This document shows, piece by piece, positions 1 through 15,864 of a DNA stretch of 64,000 nucleotides. Position 1 is the first letter of the stretch; each line of letters opens with the position of its first letter. The stretch comes from the human T2T-CHM13v2.0 reference genome, Homo sapiens. The translations under genes were made by a program, and so were the position numbers. A model generated the notes under the pieces. It ran no database searches, was not told where the DNA came from, and worked only from the letters and a program-made list of their open reading frames with translations. The stretch is from NCBI RefSeq assembly GCF_009914755.1, contig NC_060932.1. One strand, written 5' to 3'.

Positions 1-350
1 GAAGATCTTTCTTGGGATGTCTCACAGGCATGTCAGACTCAACAAGTCCAGACCTGAACTCCTTGCCAACGTGCTCTTCCCTGGATTTCCTGTCTCCATG
101 ACTGGCATTGCCACTCGGCCAGGTCCCCACACCAGGGCACTGGAGCCAGCCTGGGGGACCTTCCCATCTACACCCCCACAGCCATTTGGTGATCAGAGCC
201 TGTTGAGTCTGCCTTCTTTGTGCTTCCAACTCTCTCTGTTCTCCCTCTCTGCTACTAATGCCCTCATTCAGACCCTTATTACCTCAAACCCTTTGGAAAT
301 GATATTTTATCACCCACTATGCAGTGCTTCATGGGTCTCTAATCTTCTTT
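1..350 (+). mobile_element. L2 LINE remnant
   Basis: ggatgtctcacaggcatgtcagactcaacaagtccagacctgaactc resembles the L2 3' region. Confidence 0.55.
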
Positions 351-878
351 TATCAATGCACCAAGAAACAATGTAGAAGGACAGTGCAATGGCACTGTTT
401 GTAACCAGATAGAGTTACAAAGAGTGCGTTTCCCATACTGGCCAGGAGGGATGGGCTATTTACAGTTCCTTCTCTTTACCTCTAAGAAACATACCAACAG
501 ACACTAAGCCCTGCTTGGGCCTGATATTTCAGAACCACCTCAACAGCCTTGGTTTCTCTGACTCTGGGGCTGTGTGTGCCTTCCTAGGTCATTGATAGCC
601 TTCTTCTCCCAGCTTCCCCTGGCTCCCCAGGGAGCCTAGGTCAGGAAGTGCAGCAGGAGGTGTGTGGGGAATGTGTAATCCCTTTTTCAGAAATATTGTC
701 TGACTCATGCATCTTTCTCACCAAACCAGGCCCAAGAGGCATTTGGGGCCACAGGTATGGAGAAGGCATCTCAAAGATGATCCTAGGGTCTGGGTGGCTC
801 ACAGGACTCTCCTGCAGTTGCTCCCTATTCTGGGTCTGAAATCATTCAGTTTGGGGTAATACTTGCTTGTATGCATGG

Positions 879-1616
<738 letters not shown>

Positions 1617-1717
1617 TCCCCCTTTCTCTTCTTAGCACCTGGTTCTAGTTTCTGGCACACAGTCATTGATCAATAATTATTGACATTCATTGATTGGCTT
1701 TTGGTCAATCATAACTT

Positions 1718-1955
1718 ATGTTTATTGAGTACTTACCTGTGCCACATACAGTTCAAAATACTTTAGATATATTAACTCATAAAATTAACTGATTGAGTCC
1801 ATGTAACAACACTGCTATCCTCATTTTAAAGCTGAGGGGAGTGAGGCTTGGAGAAGTGAAGGTAACTTACTAAACACATAGAGTGAATTAGAGGGAAAAC
1901 CAGGAGCTGAATCTAGACAGTCTGATCCTGGAATCCAGCTCTTAACCATACCCAA
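1718..1955 (-). mobile_element. MIR
   Basis: Antisense MIR core (gctgaggggagtgaggcttggagaagtgaag...gctcttaacca). Confidence 0.7.
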
Positions 1956-2182
1956 CACTGCTTTTGTGGTACAAGGTGAATAAGGATTATGCATCAGTAG
2001 TTGGAAAGGTTGTTGGTGGTGAAAGTGGTGTGGTAGGGGGGATGTTGGCTCATAAAACCTCAACTGTCACAGGGATTTACCCCAGAAAAAGGAAACCTGC
2101 GAACTGGATTCCTATAGCACTTTGGTTGTATTAGGTTGGTCAGGTCACAGATTTGAAAAAGCAGGAGTCTGGGTAAACATTC

Positions 2183-2478
<296 letters not shown>

Positions 2479-3308
2479 TGGACACTCTTTTCTATATTAA
2501 AGCCCGGGTGATTGGCCCAAGTGTCCCCATGAGGCTTATGAGAAGCAGGAGATGCTGAAATCAATTCCTATTGAAGTGCATCTATTTCTACCTTCTTGCA
2601 TTTTCTCTCCATATCTGGTTCCTCTTTCATCTCCCAGTTGAACCGGAAGCCTTTGAGGGTAGAGACCTTATTTCAGGTTTCATTTGGTTCCTCACAGTGA
2701 CTAACTCAAGGATGAAGACTCAATCCATATTTGCTGGCTCACTGATAGATTAGAATTTGGTTAAGTTTGGAACCTAGAAGGTAAGATATGCTTAGCCAGA
2801 CTAGCCAGGCTAGTCGTCTCTTCTCTTCCTATGACAGAGGGAGTAGCTGCAGTGGAGCTGAAGGCACACAGCTGTTGCACATTATGTTGTGATGACTGTG
2901 AAAGCAACTCCAGTTCCAGACCAAAAAAAAAAAAAAATTTAAAGGTGCTGACTTTCCCTGATGTCAGAGATGACCCATTGGCTAGATTCTCTCCTCAGAC
3001 TTCATATCCAGGCCTGGTCTTTGCCAAAGATGGAAGTTTATTAATTACCTTGAGTTGGTGAAGTGGGATCTAGTTCCCTCCCCTGTACTCAGAAAATATG
3101 GAAGGACTAGTGGCCAAACACCACTCTGGAAAATTACTACCCATGAAGGAGATTTTGTGGCAGGCTCAAGAGGAAATGGAAGATTTTGACTGCTCATTCC
3201 TGAGCTAAGGAGAAGGCATTTAATGACTTACCTGTAGGGAACACTTAGTCTGCTCCCATCACAGATGCCTTCTCCAGAGCTTCCTTTTTCCTCATTCTTC
3301 TCCAGTGC

Positions 3309-3612
<304 letters not shown>

Positions 3613-4539
3613 CCAGTGCATCTTGGCTTCCTCATCCATTTCAGTTTTCCATCCAAATTTCTGATTCTTTCTATCATCTGCCTCCTTCCATCACCTCAAA
3701 TAACCAAGTCTCCCTTCTTCTTTGGGCTCTTCTGAAAACTTATGAGCAAAATTTGAAAGAGAATTAGATCAAGTTTGCCTCTGTCTCTCCCAACCTCAGT
3801 TGTAAGAATCACAAAGTCCCTTATAGTTAAAATCCACTCAGGCTAACAAAGCAGGGAAGTGGCCTTTGGTCTTTGGGTCTGTAGACATCGCTGAGGATGA
3901 ACAACCACTCCACTGCCTATGCTTCTCATTATCCCTGTGTGCCTGAGGAAATGAGGCTTTTTAAAAATATACTAATTTGAGATCTCTGGAAAAATCTCGG
4001 TTTTTATTCCAGGTAATTTTATGACTCATTCAGGATAGTTATGTGGTTCATCAGACCTTTGAAACTAAAGACTGAAAGAATTAAACAAAACCAAACAAAA
4101 TACTACAGACTTCGCAAACCTGAGAGCAATCTATGACATTTGAGAGAAGTAACTCAGTTATTTAAGCTTCACTGTTAATGTTGAAAATAAGAAGTAGCAC
4201 GTGGTTATAATAAGCTTTGCCCTCTGAAAACTGTGGGAAGTGGCTGAGGCAGATATTTATTGGGTTGTCTCCCAAAACAGTGATTATCTCTTCTCCGATG
4301 ATTACTCCACCGTGCCCCATAAGGGTAAGCTTGGGGCAGCCATATTTATGCAATGTGGGCTGGAGTGAATGCCTGGTTCAAGATGGGTCAGTCAGTGGCT
4401 CCTTCCTAAGACAATGGGAATGAAATCAAGAGGGACATTCAGTGTTTCTTCAGGTGGCTGCAAACTTGGGTTCTATTGGTAACCCTGTTCTCTGATGTGT
4501 GTACTTGAGAAGCAGGGCTAGTTTACAGAGAGATAGAGA

Positions 4540-4737
4540 GGGAGAGGGAGAGAGCATGTGGAACTGAGAGAGAACTTCCAGGTTTCCCCACAGCCTTCCA
4601 CTTCCTGGCCCCAGTTCCTTTCTACATTTTTGCCAGGAGGTTCTGTGAAGCATCCCTCTGGCTTTATAATAAATTTCCCCTTGCTGGTTTGAATCGGTTT
4701 TTATCACTTGCAATCAAAAGAATCCTAATTGGTATAA
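4540..4737 (+). mobile_element. MLT1 (old ERVL-MaLR) LTR 3' fragment
   Basis: aataaatttcccc...tcacttgcaatcaaaagaatcctaattggtata is a typical MLT1H/J-type end. Confidence 0.55.
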
Positions 4738-4869
4738 GAGTGATATTTTCCTTCCAGGTATTTGATTAAAAATCACATGTATTAGAGACAAAATTTAAAT
4801 ATAAGCCTATCACTATAGAGGTACTAACAGAATCACTAACAGGAAGATTGGTCTAGAGATGCAGTGCTT

Positions 4870-5800
4870 TTAGGGGCCATCATTTAACACACGTGGAAAC
4901 TGAGGCCCAGGAAGGCCACATCCCTTGCCAAGGTCAAGTCTGTGTCCGAACCAGGCCCCTAGACTTGACTCCAAGACCATTACTCTTCCCCTAATACTCA
5001 TTCACTTTGATTGAAGTATTGTATTTACATTCACAACTTGTGCACTTTTAAAAATAGTCGATATAGTCCTGCATATTCTTATCTCCAATTTTTGCTTGAA
5101 AAGCTGAAACTTGAAGATGCTAAATGACATCAACAAGGCTACACACTAACAGAACTAGAACTAGAAGCTTTCCCCCAGGCAGAAGGTTTGCCCCAGGAGG
5201 CCAGATTTCTCCGTCCATGCATGCAGGTCGACATTGATGCGGTTAGATGAGCAGATCTATCAGGTAGAGTTTTTGGGGTGATTCATCTATTCAACAAACA
5301 TTTATTGAGTACTTACTGAATTAAGGTGGGCATTGTTCCTGGGTCAGGAGATATGGTGAGGAATAAATTAGGTTGATTGGTCTTCTGAGTGTTTGTGAGC
5401 TTAAAGAGCTTTAAACCTAATATATGTATATGTGGGAGGGGGGGTCCACAGATGTTTGGGTTCTGGGTGGCAGTGAGAGATCCCCACTCAAGTGTAAGTT
5501 CCACGAAAGCAGAACTGGCTTATTTGACAGTGTCACCAGAATAAATAGGATGGTGCCCAAAGCATGGTAGAGTGAGTGAGGGAATGAATGTGACCGACCC
5601 AGAGAGCCAAGGAGGTGAACAACTACTACAGCACAGTGACTCTGAGTACAGAAGGCTCAATTATCCAGGCTCATCTCCTTATCTGTCTGTTTTTCCCAGT
5701 TGCTAGAGTGTGACTTCTTTGGAGTGAAGTTGTTTTGTTTGTTTATTTATTTTCTGAATTTCCAGCACACATCAGAGTGCGCTGGGGATACAGTCAAGGA
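4870..5800. mobile_element. Cluster of MIR and L2 3'-end fragments
   Basis: gaaactgaggccc (MIR, -), attcaacaaacatttattgag (L2, -) and tgtaagttccacgaaagcag...gaatgaatg (L2, +). Confidence 0.55.
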
Positions 5801-7919
5801 AGCTCTTAATTGGGACATAAGAAGCAAGCTTCCTCAACATGGTAACTTTTAAACAAGTCTTGGCAAGGTGAGATGGAACTTGGGTAGTGTCTGCCAGAAA
5901 TGGACAGTTGGGTTTGATCAGGTCTAAGGCAGTCTCTGTTTTGACCCAGATATTACAAAGTCCCTCCTCACGAAGATATGCACATGTGATTGTGGAAACA
6001 GTGGAATGTATCTGGGATTAGAATGAAATCTGCCAGCTGATGGAAGGAATATAAATACAGAAATGGGAACATGGGGGAAGGATGGTTCCATGGGTCCGAA
6101 GTCCTTTGAAGTGAGGGCTTTTTGGACTTGCCATGTTCTTGATTTAAAAATGTCACGGTTCCCCTTGGATTGCAAATATAATATCTGACCAACAGCAAAA
6201 CCATTGTCATGGGTGCCTGCCTCTGTGTCATGTAAAAAAACAGTGAGATTTAACATGTATTTCTTCAATGGGTGTTGAGTGATAAATCATCCATTCGTCC
6301 ATTTATTCAATGTATGATTTCTACATTTATCTGGTGCCTATATTATGGTGGGTCAGGCTATGGGCAGCTCAAAGATAAATTTACAGAGGACTATGCAATT
6401 AACAGCTTGTCAGCTCTGTGTACAAAACTGTTAGATTCTCTATCATTCTTGGCCATAGTGGTAAGAGGTAGCCTTTGGAAATTAAAAGGTACGAAACAAA
6501 CTTTAGGCAATTGCAGTGATAACCCACCTGCAGCAGGATTTAAGTACCAGTCAGTTGGTCTGGGCCACGTTTCCAAAGTCACTAGGAGCCCTGAAAACCT
6601 CTGTATAATAAGGTAAGTTTTTCATTAAGCTATTTTTATTTTATGGTACAGGAAATTGGTTGAAGCTGTCAAAAAGAATCACTATTAAGCATGTTTTCTG
6701 GGGAGAAGAATTCTAGGACAGCTTATCAGAGGGGTCACCCCAGGAAAGGGGAGAGATGTCTGTCACAGCCTGATGGGTGGTGTCTCACCATTGATCTCTG
6801 GCAAGTTGTCCTGGAAAGGATGGTCAGAGTTCCAAAGTACAATATTATATTTCCAATTAAAATGTAAAAATAAACCTTTTTCATAAAACACATTGGCCTC
6901 GGCTCTGGAAAGCGACTACAAAGCCCAGTGCTTTGATTGAGACAAGCTGAAAGCAGACACTGTAATTGATAACGGAGATAAGTCAATCTGTGTCCTTTAG
7001 AGAATAATGAGTTCCATTTTTCATCAAAAAGATCTCCTTGTGCCGAAGAAACATACTTTCAATAAATCTACTTAATGGTTTCCCTCTAATGATATATAAC
7101 ATTGCTCTTTGGAACCGAGCGTTGCAGCGGGTCCCTGCCAACAACTGCAGGCCACCCATCATCTGCATTGGTAATTCAACCCAAAGAAAACCCAGGCGGT
7201 TCCCAGGAAGTGCTGCTGTGCAGGAGAAAATACCCGAAGGCCTTCCTGGACTCTGTGAGCAGGTAGAGAGGATGGGATTTGAATAAATAAGCTATCACTA
7301 AGCTTGAGCTCCTATGCAAATTTCCATTCCCTCGCCCCCACCACCATTGCTGTATTCATGGATATATCGGGTCTAAGGGTGACTTATCTAAGGATAAGCT
7401 GTGTCAGACAGCTCAAGAGTTAAATCCTTCAGATACGTGCGTCGTGAGAACTGATTAGCTGGGTTTGTTCCCGGAGCTCATTGCTCTCCTATAGACCTGA
7501 CAGCCTTGGTGTAGTTTGATGTGGGCTGCCGGAGGGAGCCTGTGTTTATTGCATTGGGTAAACTGAAGATCCACTTCAATGATCCTGCCTGAAGCAGTCC
7601 CTCGCCCCATTTGAGGGTCTAAACCTCAGGTGGCGAAGGCCTAGCAGAAGGAAGGGCCTGCGCCCTTCAAAGGGAATGATTTAGGGCCATCTGCGCCCTG
7701 GTGTCAGGCAGCAGGACTGGGTTTCCATCCAGTTTACCTTTGTGAGCCCCAACTTTACAAATGTGCTGCTTTTTTTCGCAAGGACTCAGCTTTATGTAAC
7801 ATAACCTATTTCCTCCAAGGGCACCCAGCCCTCCCAATACTGACGGACTTCCCCACATGGGAATCATTAAAGACAACCCTAGAGTTATTTCCTTATGTTG
7901 CTGTTTGTTTATTCTCCAG

Positions 7920-8130
7920 TCGCGTGTGAGTCAGCCAGATCATGATTTGTGGTGGTTTTGCTTGTGAAATCTTACATAATTATATTCCTATTGTCATGTT
8001 GGGTCGAGCAGTTAGACCATGTAGTGTTTTCTCATTGCACAATGTTTGCAAATCAATAAGGAGAAAGCCTGAACAATGCGATGACGTTGGCCAGGAACCC
8101 GGCCCGAGTCACCCAGGAGGCGGCTCTGCA
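7920..8130 (+). promoter_or_regulatory. Candidate promoter/enhancer just beyond the STAU2 polyA site
   Basis: AP-1 TGAGTCA at 7927-7933, RUNX-like TGTGGT, CRE half-site TGACG near 8082, and locally elevated CpG. Confidence 0.35.
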
Positions 8131-8239
8131 GTTTCTCAGGTACAGCCTATCCATTCTCTAATCCCACTGCTGGGCAGTGACTAGGCCGGGTGGTGGCCTT
8201 TCGGATGGGTTTCACGGAGGTGATATTTAAAAGATGAGA

Positions 8240-8399
8240 GTGAGAGAACAAAAGAACAACAACAGCGCTTCACACAGAAACCAACCACATTTTTACTGCA
8301 TCTGCTCCACGCTGGATTCCAACATGCTGGCCCGGAGCGTGGCTGGCTGGAAGCAACTCCAACAGGTTTTTCCCTTCCCCGTCATGTACATTATTTATT
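8240..8399 (-). terminator. STAU2 cleavage/polyadenylation region
   Basis: Minus strand shows AATAAA (8399-8394), TGTA, AGTAAA (8297-8292) and a GU/U-rich downstream element GTTGTTGTTCTTTTGTTCTCT (~8262-8242). Confidence 0.7.
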
Positions 8400-9271
8400 T
8401 TTGATCCTACTCACTGTCCCAAGTCCAGAGGCAGTTACAAAAAACACTCTTGATGCAAACCGTGAGTGGCTACAACACACGGATGGGGGTGGGCGCGATT
8501 CCCACAACAGGGAGTGGAATCCGGGAAGATGATATATAGGGGCAAGACGCCCCCTTACTTGCTAAGAGTATATGGAGCTCAAAACCCACAATTGCTTTGT
8601 TTTGTTTCTCAGTTCCTGGAGTATGTTGAAACTACTTGCTCTTAACATTAGTTCGTATTTTTCATCAGATATCTGACCTGATTTAAAACATGTTTGTTTG
8701 CATACATCTTTTTGTAGTGCACCTTATAGTTATTCCTACTGATATAGGATGAAGATTATAAATATCTGCATAAAAAGAGAAACCATGTGACTCTATATGA
8801 AGACAACCATCACATTCCACAGCACATCATTGGTTCATTTTCGAATTGTCAAGCAGTATTTGAAATGAGAGAGAGAGAGAATATAACTGAACACAAGCAC
8901 CACGACAAAACAATCATAACAACAGAACCAAACCCAACTTCTCTATTATTAATCATGTTAAAATTTTAGCTTTGTTTCTAACACTTTTCTTTACTTGTTA
9001 TTTTAAGCTCCAGTAGCAGGATCAGATTTCTGCTGCCTCTAGGCAAATGAGTTATGATCTGATCTCGAGTTCCAAGGGAAATGCTCAAAGTTTTATTTTT
9101 CCCCAGTTGAATAAACAGTACCATGTATATTATCTCTCGTGTTAGAATAGTGTTGTCTTCACATAAGACTCAAATAATGGTATTAGTCATTCATTTCCCT
9201 GAACACAGACACCCTCATGCGTGCTGACAGGTTTATAAGGATGCGGTGGCAGCCGCGGGTTCTGGGAGCTG
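8270..9271 (-). other. STAU2: STAU2 3'UTR of the long isoform
   Basis: Repeat-free sequence after the stop codon, with polyA signals at 9092-9097, 8394-8399 and 8292-8297 and a CPE-like UUUUUAU at 8770-8776. The distal end is inferred from the polyA signal plus downstream element. Confidence 0.8.
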
Positions 9272-9365
9272 CTAGACGGCCGAGTTTGATTTCTTGCAGT
9301 CCTGAGCGATGGAGCCCGGGGGTGCCTGGTTATTGTCCGCTTTCTCTCTCAGATGCTTGGCTTGT
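9272..9365 (-). CDS. STAU2: STAU2 last coding exon ((K)QAKHLREKADNNQAPPGSIAQDCKKSNSAV*)
   Basis: Minus-strand acceptor tctttcag|A at 9365. The exon is 94 nt = 1 nt + 31 codons ending in TAG (9274-9272). Its phase matches the upstream 89-nt exon, and the peptide is recognised as the STAU2 C-terminus. Confidence 0.96.
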
Positions 9366-10512
9366 CTGAAAGATTAATACATTAACAAGAGCTGAAGGCC
9401 TGGGGTTGCACATCTTCAGACATGTTTATTAGCAGATGGCACAGAGGATTCAAAGGTCACCACAAAAGTGACATTTTAAAGTGAAACAACAATATTTATG
9501 TTCAGATAGTCTACTGATGAGATCATGTGGAAATGTTTTTGATTAAATTAGCTTATAAATGGTTGACAATCTATAGACAACTTAAAATGCCATGTCTGTT
9601 TACCAAATGTTTTCTTCTCACGCTCTCACCTTCTAAATATTAACAACCAAATGCTGTTTTTTCTTATTAAAAATTTTTTGGAATGCTCATTTAACTGTAA
9701 GATCAGTGTATCTGGTTTTTACTTCCTGGGTTGACTATTTTTATTTTCTTTTAAACCTAAAAATGTTATCTCCTGCATGTGTTCTGAGATCCTACCTGCT
9801 ATTATTACTGCTTGGAAAGAGGTTGAATTCTACTATATAAATATAACCCCTTTCCATTTTTTTTTTTTTTTAGTATAAATTGAGTCTCTGGAGAGACCCC
9901 AAATTCAGTCTCTTTGGTGAGACCTTCTGTTCACATCTCATTAAAGCAAAGCTATGAGCTGGATTTCAGAAATAATTACGACAGCTGCATCTTTTGCCCG
10001 TGTAGCCCTTGGGAGCCACACTTTGTGGCAATGTGTGCTGGTGTTTCATAGAAAACAACACGGAAAACCGAATGCAGCCGAGGGGAGGGGCGCCTCCTCT
10101 CAACTTCTTTTTCTTTTCTCTCCGCTTTGCCCACAACTTAGCAGGAATGTGAGTGAAAACTTTCACCTCTGAAAATGGCTTAGCCAGACAATGCTCTACA
10201 GTATGAAGTGAAAAACAATGTTTTGTAAGTTTTACAAGTCTCTACAGTCAGGACAATGCACAAATATTTCCAACAAAGCAATGAAATGCAAAATCAGTGA
10301 CCAATTAGTAGGTTAAAACTTTCACAGAAATATTACAGGAGATGTATATGGCCATATATACTGGTTTTCATTTCTTTACATTTAATTGTATTATTAATAA
10401 TTGTGTAAGATGTAGATACTATTGTCGACTTTTTAAAACATTATTATCTATGTCTTATCTTTTGTACAGTTACAATTAAAAGTGTAAGAATACTGACAGG
10501 GGATTTACTCAC
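9366..10512 (-). other. STAU2: STAU2 last intron (GT-AG)
   Basis: Runs gtgagt...ttcag between the two coding exons. Confidence 0.95.
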
Positions 10513-10601
10513 TTTTCAAGAGAACCTTTTTCGATATTCATTGCTCCATCGATTGGATCCAGTCCTTGTTCAGAAAATTGTTTCAAGGCACTTAAGGCTG
10601 C
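10513..10601 (-). CDS. STAU2: STAU2 penultimate coding exon (AALSALKQFSEQGLDPIDGAMNIEKGSLE+AA), end of the dsRBD5 region
   Basis: Acceptor ctctctgttttcatttttag|GCA and donor AA|gtgagt. The 89-nt exon is open and splices in frame to 9365. Confidence 0.96.
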
Positions 10602-11639
10602 CTAAAAATGAAAACAGAGAGAGCCATTCACTGACTCTAGTGTAATGAACAAGTAACTGAAAGAAAGCTGAGATAGAAAGACAGAAAGACTCATTTTCAT
10701 TAGTCTACATAATTTTTTTTTGCATTGTTTAACAAAAGTACACTAGAAAGTCTGCATGATCAGGCAGCAGTGTATATACATAACCGGAACTAGAAGGGCT
10801 TTAAGTCTCCTGCCTTATCCCTTCTCCACAGTTTTGCAAAATTGTGATGTTTTATCTGCAAACATGGCAACACCTCATATAAGCTTAAAATACTTCTATG
10901 GTGACTTTGCATAATTTCTCACGCTACTGAAACTACACATTCTCTTCTCTCAGGTGTGACATCCAAATTTTCCACCTTGAGTATTCTTTCCAAAGTAAGC
11001 ATAAAGGTATTGTTCAAATTGATAGACACTTAGCCCCAGTCAAGGTACAGAATGTCAGCAGAGGAATGGACAGTAGGTCCTCATGCAGACTGAGGGGATG
11101 GATGGTAAGATGGGATCCTGAGAGGATGAGGAAAGAGAGAAAGTTTGGGCTGGTCATGCTCTGGGGAGGCAGGCCTGCCGGGCAGAGCCTCCCGAGGTGT
11201 TGATAGGCTCGGGGTGCGTGGGAAGCCGCAGGGTGTGAACAGGCTGGTGGAGCCTTGCTGTATAGCTGGGAGGCACCAAAAATGCCATGCTGATAAGATC
11301 TACATAACTTGTTGACACTCCTGTGCATGTTCCAAACTGTTATTTCTTTGAGTAAGAATTTGGGTCTTCCTCCCCTCCCCCAAGCCCGACACTGCTGAGT
11401 GAGATTGGAAGGGCTCTGCTGAGTCTGAGATGGGCATGAGCAGGCAGGGCTGTTTTCATCCTGGGGCATCCCGCTGGGTCACACTTGGGGCATCTGTGTC
11501 TTCTCAGCTGCCTTTGAAAACGAGCTAGCTCTTGGCGGTTTCCCAAACTTTTATCTGCCAAGAGCTCCTTTAGGGTAGCTGACTAAGTGCATGATTTCCT
11601 TTAAGTTTCTTTATTCAGAATATATTTTGGAGGTGTGAT

Positions 11640-12590
<951 letters not shown>

Positions 12591-13009
12591 TGTGTAATAT
12601 TCATAATACTTTTTTCTTTCTTCTCTCTTGTTTTTCTATTGTTGCTTTTTAATCACAAATCCTATATCCAAGCAAAAGTCGGCATGCGTCCTTTCTTTTT
12701 CTTTAGATTACTCCTTCCTTTCAAATCTTTAAATCAGGCTTCCTAGATCAGAGGTGCTAATGTGAGTGCCCATGCAGATCTGCAGCCCTGGCCCGGGCAT
12801 CCCGAAGCAGGGAGGATGTGGTGCTCAAGTCTCAGTTATCATCATAATCTCTTTGGACCTGGAGTGCTGCAGGGAGAAGGTCAGTGATGCCACCCCATAG
12901 CTCCTGATCCTGGCCCATGCTCATGCTGGACAACAGCCAGGTGGGTTTTGATGGGAGGTAGGCGCTAACTTCAGTGGGGTGGGAGCTGTGTGGCCATCTC
13001 CCTGGATAC

Positions 13010-13489
13010 TGTTATAGGTCGAATTGTGCTCTTCCCCCAAATTCATATGTTGAAGTCCTAACCCCCAGTATCTCAGAATGGGGCCTTTTAGAATGTGGCC
13101 TTATTTAAAAATAGGATTAGTACAGATGTAATTAGTTAAGATGAGGTCATACTGGAGTAGGGTAGGTCCCTGATCCAATATAACTGGTATCCTTATAAAA
13201 AGAGGAAACTGGAACACAGACCCACACAGGGAGAACGCCACGTGAAGATGGTGGTAGGGGCTGGAGTGATGCCGCAGCAGCCAAGGAACACCAAAGATTG
13301 CCAGCAAAGCACTCGAAGTGAGGAGAGGGGCCTGGGACAGATTCTCCCTCACAGCCTTCAGAAGGAACCAGCCCTGCCAGCACCTTGATCTTGAACTTCT
13401 AGCCTCCAGAACTGTGAGACAATACACTCCTGTTGATGAAGCCACTCAGTTGGTAGTACTTTACTACAGCAGCTCCAGCAAACTGTACA
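13010..13489 (+). mobile_element. MLT1C-like solo LTR
   Basis: TG...CA ends, with aaattcatatgttgaagtcctaacccc and ccagaactgtgagacaata. Confidence 0.85.
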
Positions 13490-13523
13490 GGGACCTCATA
13501 GCTTCTCTTTAAGGATAGCAAAA

Positions 13524-13554
<31 letters not shown>

Positions 13555-13556
13555 CC
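13524..13556. repeat. (CT)n microsatellite
   Basis: Seen directly in the sequence. Confidence 0.85.
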
Positions 13557-13582
13557 TGTATTATTTTTTGTTATAAAAATAG

Positions 13583-13996
<414 letters not shown>

Positions 13997-14073
13997 TCCA
14001 TATCACTTAGTATCCTCTCCCCATGTCTACAAACTGTAGCCTGGATCATGTCTTAACACTGTAGGTAACCTGC

Positions 14074-14620
14074 TTTTTTTTTTTTTCAATGATAAATAAT
14101 AATTGTACACATTCATGGGGTGGGTAACAATGTTGCAATACACATAATGCATAGTGATCAGATCAAGGTAATTAGTACATCAATCATCTCAAACATTTAT
14201 CATTTCTTTTTGTTGGGTTCATACAATATTCTCCTTCTAGCTGCTTGAAACTATAGAACATATTACTGTTAACTATAGTCTTTCTACAGTGGTATAGAGC
14301 AATAGAACTTATTCCTCATATCTAGCTATAATTTTGTATCCTTTAATAAATTTCTCCCTATCCCTCTCTTCCCCCTACCCTTCCCAACCTCTAATATCCT
14401 CTGTTCTACTTTTTACTTCTGTAAGATCAACCTTTTTAGCTTCCACACATGAGCAAGAACAAGTGGTGTTTAACTTTCTGTGCCCTGCTCATTTCACTTC
14501 ACATTCGCCCAGTTTCATCCACATGGCCATAAATGACAGGATTTCATTCTTTTTTTACGGCCGAGTAGTATTCCATTGTATACATATACCATGGTTTTTT
14601 GTCCGTTCATCTGTTGTGTG
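14074..14620 (-). mobile_element. L1MA-type 3' end
   Basis: T-tract followed by antisense L1MA 3'UTR (ataattgtacacattcatgggg...gtagtattccattgtatacatatacca). Confidence 0.8.
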
Positions 14621-14815
14621 CTCTTTTCATTGAATGTGTGCAGTATCAACAGAAACATTTCGGTAGCATCATTTCTCATGACTGCACAGTATCCTATCGA
14701 TATCCTGTGTGATACCAACACTGCATCAAATTTCCTATTGGTTCAATCTTTATGCATCATCTCAATACTTTCCTTATGATAAATTCCTAAAATTGCATTT
14801 CTGAGCCAAAGATGA

Positions 14816-15133
<318 letters not shown>

Positions 15134-15864
15134 TAAAGATGTTAATATGAGCTCTCTATCCACCCTTGGAGAGGTTGTGCCGGCAGCAGCAGTGGGAGGA
15201 GGGTGTTACTCTAGGTGCTTCTGGAATTACCTCTCAGAACCATTTTGTGGGTCAGAGAAGCAAACCAGTTTTGTCATCTTTTGGCCCCACCTTATTTTAA
15301 TGTGTTCATCCTGGTTGTTGACCTTCTTCACTAGACTTGGCTTTGTCTGAAGTTTTGCTGTTTTCAAAAATTAAACTCACCCTCAAAAGACTGAGGTTTG
15401 GACAGTTCTCCCCACCCTCCCTGCAAGAAAGGAATTCACAGAGGAATTTGACTCTCAGGGAGCTTTGATTCAGTGACTCTGAGGTCCTTTTAAGTCCTGA
15501 AGTGCTAAGGCGGCTATGCTGAGGGCAGTGCATGTGCCCACAGCCTGTGTCCATCAACCGGGGCCCACTGTCCCACCTCACACATGCGCGTGGGGCGCTA
15601 AAGGCCAGGCTCACTCACTTGTAGGCTCCAAGGACCAATCCATGCCAGACCTTTTTCCAGATATTCCCATTTTCACGGAGTGGGCTCATGAACTTCAAGT
15701 TCTTTGTATATTCAACAGTTTTAACAAAAGACCAGTTACTTTTCTTCTGAGCCATTAAAATGTGAATTATTGGCATAAATTCTGAAATTTATGAATTTCT
15801 TCCAAAGTGGACAATTACATTTGAAATTTTATTATTTTTTGTAACATAATGATAAATTATTTAA

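Noticed and set aside
8714-8727. Minus strand reads TAAGGTGCA, like the start of miR-18
   Set aside because: Only 9 nt match and there is no hairpin.
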